Shown in pieces: positions 46,293 to 54,822 of a stretch of DNA of 64,000 nt. The number at the start of each line of letters is the position of its first letter. Positions within the stretch are counted from its first letter, which is position 1. A model generated the notes under the pieces. That model was not told where the DNA came from. It did no database searches and worked only from the letters and a program-made list of their open reading frames with translations. Source of the stretch: an uncultured Acidobacteriota bacterium (GTDB lineage: Bacteria; Acidobacteriota; Vicinamibacteria; Vicinamibacterales; 2-12-FULL-66-21); assembly GCA_963830815.1 (NCBI GenBank), contig CAWHNN010000017.1:29750-93749 (forward strand). Direction: 5' to 3'. The translations under genes were made by a program, and so were the position numbers.

Positions 46293-47006
46293 ATGCCTCC
46301 CGTCTACAGCCGCGTACTCCTCAAGCTCTCTGGCGAAGCCCTCATGGGCGAACAGCAGTATGGAATCGATCCTGCTGTGGCGAGCCGCATCGCCGCCGAT
46401 ATCGGTGAAATTCAGCAGCTCGGCGTGCAGACAGCCGTGGTCATCGGCGGCGGCAACCTCTTTCGCGGCCTCGCGGCCAGCGCGAAGGGCATGGATCGCG
46501 CGACCGCTGACTACATGGGCATGCTGGCGACGGTCATCAATGGCCTCGCCCTGCAGGATGCGCTCGAGAAGCACAACGTCGTGACACGCGTCGCGACGGC
46601 TATCGAGATGCGCGCCGTCGCCGAGCCGTTCATCCGCCGCCGGGCCGTACGCCACCTCGAGAAGGGACGCGTTGTCGTTTTTGCCGCCGGCACGGGGAAT
46701 CCGTACTTCACGACCGACACCGCCGCGGCCCTCCGCGCGATGGAGATGAAGGCGGACGTCATCCTCAAGGGCACCAAAGTCGACGGCATCTACACCGCCG
46801 ACCCGATGATCGACAAGACGGCGACGAAGTACCAGGAAATCTCGTACCTCAAGGTCCTCGAGCAGGGCCTCAAGGTCATGGACGCCACCGCAATCTCGCT
46901 CTGCATGGACAACCGCCTCCCTATCGTCGTCTTCAACCTTCGGACGGCTGGAAACCTGAAGCGGGTCATCATGGGCGAGCCGATTGGAACGACCGTCAAG
47001 GTCTGA
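46293..47006 (+). CDS. pyrH: UMP kinase
   Basis: [19 protein letters not shown] and [17 protein letters not shown]. Intact. Confidence 0.93.
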   Translation: MPPVYSRVLLKLSGEALMGEQQYGIDPAVASRIAADIGEIQQLGVQTAVVIGGGNLFRGLAASAKGMDRATADYMGMLATVINGLALQDALEKHNVVTRVATAIEMRAVAEPFIRRRAVRHLEKGRVVVFAAGTGNPYFTTDTAAALRAMEMKADVILKGTKVDGIYTADPMIDKTATKYQEISYLKVLEQGLKVMDATAISLCMDNRLPIVVFNLRTAGNLKRVIMGEPIGTTVKV

Positions 47007-47028
47007 CGAACTGCAAGCTGGGGGAACT

Positions 47029-47598
47029 ATGGACGCGACAGACATAAAGGGGCTCTTCGCTGAACTGAAGAAGCGGATGGATGGGCAGCTCGATCACGTG
47101 CGGCGAGAGTTCGGCGGCGTTCGTACAGGACGCGCGTCGGTGACCATCCTCGACGCCGTTCACGTCGAAGCCTACGGCTCGCAGGTGCCCCTGAATCAGG
47201 TCGCCTCGCTGTCGATCCCCGAGCCCACACTCATCGTCGCGACACCGTTCGATCCGTCGTTGACGGCAACCATCGAGAAGGCCATCCGCAGCGCCAACCT
47301 CGGGCTCAACCCGGCGACCGACGGCAAGGCCATCCGCATCCCCCTTCCCGCCTTGACTGAAGAACGGCGCAAGGAGATGTCGAAGCTCGTGCACAAGTAC
47401 GCCGAAGAAGGTCGCAACGGCGTGCGTCAGGCGCGGCGCGACGCCAACGATCGGCTGAAGAAGCTCCTCAAGGATTCCAAGATCTCCGAAGACGACGAGC
47501 GGCGCGGCCTCGAGGACGTGCAGAAAGCCACCGACCAGCACATCGCCCAGATCGACGAGCTCCAGAAGAAGAAGGACACGGAGCTGCTCGGGAAGTAG
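47029..47598 (+). CDS. frr: ribosome recycling factor
   Basis: VRTGRASVTILD, PLPALTEERRKE and RRDAND. ATG 47029 inside ORF 46984..47598. Confidence 0.92.
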   Translation: MDATDIKGLFAELKKRMDGQLDHVRREFGGVRTGRASVTILDAVHVEAYGSQVPLNQVASLSIPEPTLIVATPFDPSLTATIEKAIRSANLGLNPATDGKAIRIPLPALTEERRKEMSKLVHKYAEEGRNGVRQARRDANDRLKKLLKDSKISEDDERRGLEDVQKATDQHIAQIDELQKKKDTELLGK

Positions 47599-47669
47599 GA
47601 ATCTGAATGCTGAATGCTGAATGAATTCAGAACTCATTCAGCATTCAACATTCAACATTCAGCATTGCC
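47599..47669. repeat. heptamer hairpin element, TGCTGAA/TTCAGCA class, between frr and thrC
   Basis: TCTGAA TGCTGAA TGCTGAA TGAATTCAGAACTCA TTCAGCA TTCAACA TTCAACA TTCAGCA TTGCC ATG. This gives a stem of about 20 bp with one mismatch. Confidence 0.9.
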
Positions 47670-48833
47670 ATGATCCACCTAGAGTGCTCGGCGCCGTGCG
47701 GCGCCGGGCCATACGATCCGAAAGCAGTCGAACACCACCTCTGTTCCTGCGGCGCGCCACTCCTCGCCCGCTACGATCTCGACGCCGCTCGCTCCTGGCG
47801 ACGTGAATCCCTCGCATCGCGCGAACCGACGATGTGGCGGTACCGCGAGCTGATGCCGCTGTTCGAAGGCGAGTCGCCGATAACGCTCGGCGAGGGCTGG
47901 ACGCCGCTCGTCCACGCCCGGCGCCTGGGCGCAACGCTCGGCATGTCGCGGCTCTACGTCAAAGACGAATCGCTGAACCCGACCAATTCGTTCAAGGCGC
48001 GCGGGCTGTCCGCGGCCGTGACGCGGGCGTTCTATCTCGGCGCGAAGACGCTCTCGGTGCCCTCGGCCGGCAATGCTGCGAACGCTGTCGCGGCCTACGC
48101 CGCCGCGGCCGGCCTCGAGGCGAAGGTCTTCATGCCCAAAGACGTCAAGGTCCCCTTCATCCGCGAATGCGAGCTCTACGGTGCGGAAGTCACGCTCGTC
48201 GACGGACTGATCACCGATGCCGGCCGCATCGCCGCGGAAAGGGGGAAGCCGCTCGGCTGGTACGACATGTCGACGCTGAAGGAGCCGTACCGCATCGAAG
48301 GCAAGAAGACGATGGCCTACGAGATCGCCGAACAGCTCGGGTGGTCACTCCCCGACTGGATCATCTATCCAACCGGCGGCGGCACCGGCATGGTCGGCAT
48401 GTGGAAGGCCTTCGACGAGATGGAGCGCATCGGCTGGCTCGAGCGCGGCAGGCGGCCAAAGATGGTTTCGGTGCAGGCGGAACACTGCGCGCCGATCGTC
48501 AAGGCGTTCGAGCAGGGCGCGGAGCGATCCGAGATGTGGCAGGGTGCGCGTACGGTGGCTGATGGCCTGCGTGTTCCCAAGGCCGTCGGCGATTTCCTCG
48601 TCCTCCGCGCGGTGCGCGAGAGCGGCGGCACCGCTGTCGCGGTAAGCGACGAGGACATGGTTGCCGGAATGCTGGAGCTCGGGAAACGCGAAGGCATCAG
48701 CGCAGCGCCCGAAGGCGGGGCGGCCCTGCAGGCACTCAAGCACCTGCTTGAAACGGGACTTGCGAACTCCCGAGTCCGTCGTCCTCTTCAATACTGGCGG
48801 TGCGCTGAAGTATCTCGAGCCCTCGTACACTGA
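47670..48833 (+). CDS. thrC: threonine synthase-like PLP enzyme with N-terminal Cys-rich segment; frame break near 48765; 3' end uncertain (48833 or up to 48942)
   Basis: NPTNSFKARG (PLP lysine), SAGNAANAVAAYAA and YPTGGGTGMVG. The tail NTGGALKYLE is in another frame. Confidence 0.72.
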   Translation: MIHLECSAPCGAGPYDPKAVEHHLCSCGAPLLARYDLDAARSWRRESLASREPTMWRYRELMPLFEGESPITLGEGWTPLVHARRLGATLGMSRLYVKDESLNPTNSFKARGLSAAVTRAFYLGAKTLSVPSAGNAANAVAAYAAAAGLEAKVFMPKDVKVPFIRECELYGAEVTLVDGLITDAGRIAAERGKPLGWYDMSTLKEPYRIEGKKTMAYEIAEQLGWSLPDWIIYPTGGGTGMVGMWKAFDEMERIGWLERGRRPKMVSVQAEHCAPIVKAFEQGAERSEMWQGARTVADGLRVPKAVGDFLVLRAVRESGGTAVAVSDEDMVAGMLELGKREGISAAPEGGAALQALKHLLETGLANSRVRRPLQYWRCAEVSRALVH

Positions 48834-48943
48834 GCGAACGACGCCCGCTCGGGTGAGCGTGTTTGATCGGGCGAGACGTGTTACAATTCCGGATTGTGCA
48901 TGGGCGGTGCTTTATGCGCCTGTGTGCAGCCAATCTAAATAGT

Positions 48944-49017
<74 letters not shown>

Positions 49018-49019
<2 letters not shown>

Positions 49020-49048
49020 ACCTTCGCTCGCAGTTCACGCGAAGGTTG
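49018..49048 (+). terminator. hairpin immediately after tRNA-Ala
   Basis: CAACCTTCGC (49018-49027) pairs with GCGAAGGTTG (49039-49048). A second GC hairpin GCCCGCC..GGCGGGC follows. Confidence 0.4.
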
Positions 49049-49366
49049 CCCGCCGTAGCCGCACCGCGGCGAAGGCGGGCTCTCTGTGTCCCTTTCGCAA
49101 AGCTTCGGTTCGCACCCCCTCCACTCTCACCTGCACAGATCGTCATCGACCGGCCAACAAATGGCCCGATGTCGCGCCGTCGCGCACGTGAATTCGTTCG
49201 ATTACAGACTCTTGGATCGATAGTCGGTTCTGGGTCACCGTGTGCGGGCGTACTCGCCGGCAAAACGGCAGAACACGCCGGAAACAGCGGCAAAACGTCC
49301 TCCCCCACCGCTGGCACGAAATTGGTCATGTGGTGTGCGGGTTGCAGCGTTGTCCGGGTTCCTGCG

Positions 49367-52300
49367 ATGTCGGCACCAGCTACTGATTCTTCACATTCAT
49401 CGATCTCTTCGAGCGGGCACATCGACGGCCTCGGGCGCCGTTCTCCGTCTTTCGACCGCGAAACCGGAGAGATGCTGGAGCGCCTCCGCGTTCAGCCCGA
49501 GGTCGCGGCGTTCGAGACGCTGATTCGCGAACGGGTCGTCGCAGCTCTCGAGCGTGGAGGACGAGCGCTTCGCGCGTCAATCGCGCGTCGAGCGCGACTC
49601 CGACACCGGTGAGCTCATCGTGCTCGCCGAGTTCGTCGACGGCACGCGCCTGTCGGATCTGCTCGACGCGACAGCCGATGCCGCGATCGTTCCTGGCGTT
49701 GACGTCGCCCTCGGCTATCTCCTGGACGGCCTGCCGGCACTCGCCCTCCTCCACACGGCAGTCGGCGTCACGCACGGACTCATCGACGTATCCCGCACCG
49801 TACTCACGCCCGACGGACAGATCGTGTTTCTCGATCCAGCGTTTGGCTCCGCCGTCGAGCGCATGGGCCTGTCGCGGCAACGGCTGTGGACGAGATTCGG
49901 CATTGCCTCGCCGCAGGGTGATGGCTCCGTCCACCTCGACGCCTCCGCTGACATCGCCCAGCTCGCGCTCGGCGCCGTCGCGCTCGTGCTCGGACGCAAT
50001 CTTCGACCGGACGAATATCCCGAAGCGCTGCCAACACTGTTGATGGAGGTGATCGAAGTCGCGCAGATCCGCGGCAGTTCCACGTTCGCCACGGGCCTGC
50101 AGCGGTTCCTGCAGCGCGCCCTTCCGATACCGGGCCGCCGTCCGCACACCAACGCCGACGAGGCGCTCGCCGACGTTCGCTCGCTCGTGCGCAGAGACAT
50201 CGGCGTCGACGTCTGCCGCCAGGCAGTCGTCGATTTCGCGGCGCAAATGGACTCGGATTTCACGTCGGTCGCGCCGGCGCAGGCAGTCCCGGAGCCGGCC
50301 GCCGTCGCATGCACGCAGCGCGGCCGCACAAGGCCCGCACGTTCCCGAGCTCGACGACTTCCTCGAGAGCTTCGATCACGACGCGCCTGCTGCAGCCGAG
50401 ACGACGCACGAGGCGGAACGAGAGCTGGAATCGGAACACGACATCGCCGCGCACGATGACGACGAGAGCGAGACCGAGCTTTCGCTGGACCACATCGAAA
50501 CGGACGCGCCTGTGAGCGCCGTGCGCGACAGCGAAGAGATTTACGACCTCCCGCCCCTGGACGAGGCCATGGCCGTGGCGAGTCTGCTGCCGCCGGCACC
50601 GCTACCGCCACCGCCCGTCTATCGGGAACCGGCAGCCCGTTCCGCGCCGACAACGTTTACGCCGGCGCCGAGTCGTGGCGGCAGTGGAAACCGCACCGCC
50701 GCCTCCGCGCCAGTCGTCTTCGAGCCGGTTGCCGCCGAACCCGTCGCTGCCGAGCCCGTCGTCCCGGATCCTGTCGTTGCCCGCCCGGCCGTCGTTCCCG
50801 AACCAACGGTCGCCAGGGCCGTCGAGCCGGTCATCGAAGCGCCTGCCCGCCCCGTGCGGCGGCAATAGAGCCTGCGATCGCGACGCCGACTGTCGAAGTA
50901 CCCGCGCCGCAGCCGTTGGTTGCCGCGTCGGCGCCGCAAGCGCAAGCCGAACTGTCCAGTGAGACCGAGGCAGACGGCGAGAAAGACGCGGCGTCCTCAC
51001 GACGGCGGAAGCGCCAGCAGCAGAAGTCAGCCCGCGCGCGCAAGGACAAGCTTCGCTCGAGCAATACCGTCACCAAGCCGGCGCCGCCTCCGCCACCACC
51101 GGCCCCCGAGCCCGCTCGACCGGCAACGCCGAGCGGGTGGCTGGTTTCGCCGCAACGTGCCGCGCAATTCGAACCGCCCGTGCCTGCGCATCAGCCGGTA
51201 CCCGTGCTGCCACCGCCGACACCGCTGCCGCCGCAGCCGATTCGTCCAGCGCCGACGGCGATGCCCGCGGTTCCGTCGTTCGCGCCGACGTCGGTCGGAC
51301 ACCTGCCACAGCCGGTGTACCCGTCGAGCGCTTCGTCGAGCTCGTCCTATGGAACGAAATCGAGCCCGGCGCCTGCGCTGCCCGGTCCGCTGACTGCAGC
51401 GCCTCAGCCGTCACCGCCGCAGCGGTCAGTTGAAATTGAGGGTTGAGCCGCCCTCGGGTTTCACGCCCAAGCGCGCACCGCATGTCGAACCGCCACCGGT
51501 TCACCCGAACGCCGAACGGTTTGGAACGCTCGGGCTCGGCCGCCCCGAGTTGCCCGAAGACAGCGAGCCGCGCAGCTTTCCCTGGAAGCTGGCTGCCGTC
51601 GCAGTAGCTGTCGCCATCGCCGCAATCCTGATCGGCCGGAGCTATCTGCCCGGCAGAACAGCCGTCTCGGGCGAGCCAGGAGCTCAGACAGATCCCGGCG
51701 CGGCAGCGAGTGCCGCGACGCCGACGCCGCCACCTGCCGCGAATCCTGACAACGATTCACCGATTCCGGCAGGCAAAGGACGCGTCGTCATCATCACTCA
51801 GCCAGCCGGAGTAAAGGTCCTCGTGGATCGCAAGGCTGCCGGCGAGACGCCTCTGCAACTCGACCTGCCGCCCGGACGACGGGTTCTGACGTTCCAGACG
51901 TCTGGCGGCGACGTCATTCAAAGCGTCCGCATCGTCGCGGGCAAAACAGAGACGCTCGACTTGCCGGTATTCTCAGGCTGGATAGCGGTACTCGCGCCGG
52001 TGATCCTCGACGTCGCCGTCTGACGGCAAGAGCATCGGCAATACCGACCAGAGCCGCATGATGCTGCCGCCCGGCAAGCATTTGTTGACGTTCACGAACA
52101 AGGAGCTCGGCTACACAGGCACGCAAGAGGTGCTCGTCGAACCGGGCGAAGTCAAGTCCGTGAGCGTCGAGCCGAAGGGCCAGGTCAACCTGAACGCCCT
52201 GCCGTGGGCGGAAGTGTGGCTGGACGGAACGAAGCTCGGCGACACTCCTCTCGCGGGCACCGCAGTGCCGATCGGCCTGCACGAGTTCGTGTTCAAGAAT

Positions 52301-52381
52301 CCGCAGTTCGGCGAGCGGAAGGTGTCCGCGACGATCAAGTCCAGCGGCAACCCGCCAGTCACTGTCGACTTCTCCAAATAG
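49367..52381 (+). CDS. protein kinase-like (probably catalytically dead) domain, acidic/Pro-rich linker, TM helix, three PEGA-like domains; at least 6 frame breaks
   Basis: Kinase-fold register (GELIVLAEFVDGTRLSDLL, HGLIDVSRTVLTPDGQIVFLDPAFG) without a recognisable HRD or DFG. TM helix WKLAAVAVAVAIAAILIG. PEGA-type units (ITQPAGVKVLVDRKAAGETPL..LPPGRRVLTF, VDGKSIGNT..LPPGKHLLTF, PWAEVWLDGTKLGDTPL..PIGLHEFVF). Confidence 0.65.
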
Positions 52382-52585
52382 CAGCCGCGGAAGTGTGATC
52401 GCGTCGCCAGATCCGTAACTGGCTTCTGCCGTTCGGGGCTGTGCCCGATGCGCTAGCCTCACAAGCGTTTAGCGCATTTCGTTAGATTTCGGAACGTTTT
52501 TGTCGCACTACCGATTGTCCCAGACTGTGGCACCTTCCTTGCCCTCGCGATAACCGTCGTTCTTTCTTCTAAAGCAAGGTGAGAT

Positions 52586-52735
52586 ATGTGGAATTGGATT
52601 CGCTGCTACGTAACTGGTCACGACTACTGCGTTTCCTGCGAGCGCGGCTCGATGTTTCTCCGCTGCATCATCTGCGAGCGCCGCTCGCAGGGCTGGGAAG
52701 TCTCGGCAAAAGCGTCGCACACGCACGGACACTGA
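52586..52735 (+). CDS. candidate small zinc-ribbon protein (49 aa), not in the ORF track
   Basis: AAGGTGAG lies 5 nt before the ATG. MWNWIRCYVTGHDYCVSCERGSMFLRCIICERRSQGWEVSAKASHTHGH has CxxC at CVSC and CIIC. GC3 bias is moderate. Confidence 0.35.
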   Translation: MWNWIRCYVTGHDYCVSCERGSMFLRCIICERRSQGWEVSAKASHTHGH

Positions 52736-52784
52736 TCGCGCGTTGACAGTTCGTGGGGCCGCTGGCGACAATGCCAGAAGCCCC

Positions 52785-54107
52785 ATGCCCATCACCGCCG
52801 CGCAGCTGCCCGGCATCCCCGCATCAATTCCATCGAACTCGTCGCGACGTGAGCGGTCAGGCACGTGATTGACTCCGCGTCGACCACCATCGGCCGGCGC
52901 GCCTGGGACATCCTCGATCAGATTCTGCCTGCCATCTCCAAGCTGCCCTGACATCGAATCGCTGACTCCCGCCGGCGGCCTGCGTCGCGTCGAAGCAACG
53001 TGGCGACGATCGTTGTCGTCGCAGTCACGGATGACGTGAATCGCGCCGTCGCAGCCATCGCCTCGAGCTCAGTCCTCTCTTCCCGCGGGTCGAAGAAGGG
53101 GCACGGTCACCGGAAAATCTCGCAACGCCACAGTTGAACTTCGCGTCGTCGATCGCGGCGGCTCATGGATCGGCGTTGTTCGAGGCCACGGGTCAGCCTC
53201 GAGCACGTCGCCGAGGTCAGGCGCCGCGGGCTCGCGGCTCAACCGTTTCCTACGGAAGATGCACTCTACGCGAGTGTCGGGTCTGGCGTACGTCGAGCCC
53301 GAACTGCGCGAGGGCACTGGCGAAGTCGAAGCCGCGGCGACAGGTCTACGCTGCCGGCGCTTGTCGCCGCGTCCAACATGCGCGGCGATCTGCACATGCA
53401 CACGAATTACAGCGATGGTCGCGACCCGGTGGACGTCATGGTGGCGGGGGCGCACGCCTCGGTTACGAGTACATCGCGATCACCGACCACTCGGAAGGCG
53501 CGGCCGCGTCACGAACGCTCGCCCGAGAGGACATCGAACGGCAGCGCGACGAAATCGAGGCGCAGCGCGAGCGCTTCCCTGGGATGACGATCCTGCACGG
53601 CATCGAGGTCGACATCCTGAGGGACGGACAGCTCGATTTCGAGGACGCGGTCCTCGAACAGTTCGACATCGTGCTGGCATCACTGCACGACCGTGCGGGC
53701 CACGCCCCCGGACGGCTCACGGAGCGAAGCCTCGCGGCGCTCCGCCATCCGCTCGTGAACATCCTCTGTCATCCTGCGAATCAACTCGTCGGCGTGTCGG
53801 CCGGCTACGCCCTGGATTTCGCAGCGCTCTTCGAGACCGCCGCACCACCGGGACTGCCCTCGAAGTCGACGGCGCGCCAAGCCATATGGACCTCGACGGC
53901 GCGCGAGCGCGAGCGGCGGCCCAGGCCGGCGTCACGCTCTCGATCGACAGCGATTGCCATCGCGTGGAGGCGCTGGGACGGCAGATGGCCCTCGGTGTGG
54001 GGACGGCCCGACGCGGCTGGGTTGGCCCGCAGCAGGTGCTCAATACCCGTCCGCTGGCCGAAATCCGGTCGTTCGTGGCGGCCAAGCGCCGCGGTCGTCC
54101 TGCGTAG
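52785..54107 (+). CDS. polX: PolX-family DNA polymerase/PHP phosphoesterase, apparently lacking the N-terminal 8-kDa/fingers region; many frame breaks
   Basis: Pol-beta palm GGLRRVEATVGDIDVVVA. YVEPELREGTGE. PHP motifs GDLHMHTNYSDGRD, YIAITDHS, HGIEVDIL, ASLH and SIDSDCH. Only about 65 codons precede the palm. Confidence 0.7.
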
Positions 54108-54159
54108 CCCCCTCATCGGGCGGGTGGTAACATGGGGCTGGGACACCCCCTACAGCCAC

Positions 54160-54822
54160 ATGTCGCTCCTGTACACCTTCTGCACACTTGTCGCGCTGCT
54201 GGCGTTTGCCGGGAGCCTTGCGACGCAGGGCACGCCGAATCCACAGGATCTCGCAAACTCGCTGCAGAAGAAATACGACACGATTCGCGACTTCTCGGCC
54301 GATTTCGTCCACACCTACGAAGGCGGGGTGCTGCGCCGCAAGCGCGAGGAGCGCGGGACGCTTTTCGTGAAGAAACCCGGCAAGATGCGGTGGAACTACA
54401 AAGCCCCGGACGAGAAGGTCTTCGTCGCCGACGGCGTGCGATTGATCCAGTACTTCCCGGAGGAAAATCGCGCCATCGTGAGCGGAATGCCGGATGAAGA
54501 CCAGCCGGCGTTCCTGTTTCTCTCTGGCCGCGGCAACCTGACGCGGGACTTCAACGTGAGCCTCGGACAGGGCGGCGCCCCCGACGCCTGGCTTCTCCGC
54601 CTGGAACCGAAGAAACCTCAGCAGGAGTACGACTGGCTCGAGATTGCCGCGAACAAAGACACTTTCGTCCTGCGCTCGCTGACCGTCGCCGAAAAGCAGG
54701 GGAATCGCTCCACCTTCGCTTTTACGAATTTCAAGGAAAACCCCGGACTGGCCGATAAGACATTCGCGTTCTCTATTCCCCGCGGAGCAGATGTCACCAA
54801 TGCCGGACCGGCCAAACGCTGA
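54160..54822 (+). CDS. lolA: outer-membrane lipoprotein carrier protein LolA
   Basis: Signal MSLLYTFCTLVALLAFAGSLA. F.QTY....RKREERGTLFVKKPGKMRW.Y..PDEKVFVADG is typical LolA. Intact. Confidence 0.82.
   Translation: MSLLYTFCTLVALLAFAGSLATQGTPNPQDLANSLQKKYDTIRDFSADFVHTYEGGVLRRKREERGTLFVKKPGKMRWNYKAPDEKVFVADGVRLIQYFPEENRAIVSGMPDEDQPAFLFLSGRGNLTRDFNVSLGQGGAPDAWLLRLEPKKPQQEYDWLEIAANKDTFVLRSLTVAEKQGNRSTFAFTNFKENPGLADKTFAFSIPRGADVTNAGPAKR

Noticed and set aside
49020-49366. The tRNA-Ala 3' flank considered as an integration site of a mobile element.
   Set aside because: I saw no integrase or recombinase gene, no direct repeat of the tRNA 3' end downstream, and no compositional island. The flank contains two GC hairpins and the upstream region of the kinase-like gene.
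50560-51430. Pro/Ala-rich stretch with near-tandem EPVAA units, considered as a separate repeat-protein gene.
   Set aside because: It is continuous, across frame breaks, with the kinase-like domain upstream and the TM/PEGA region downstream. It is best read as a disordered linker of one protein.
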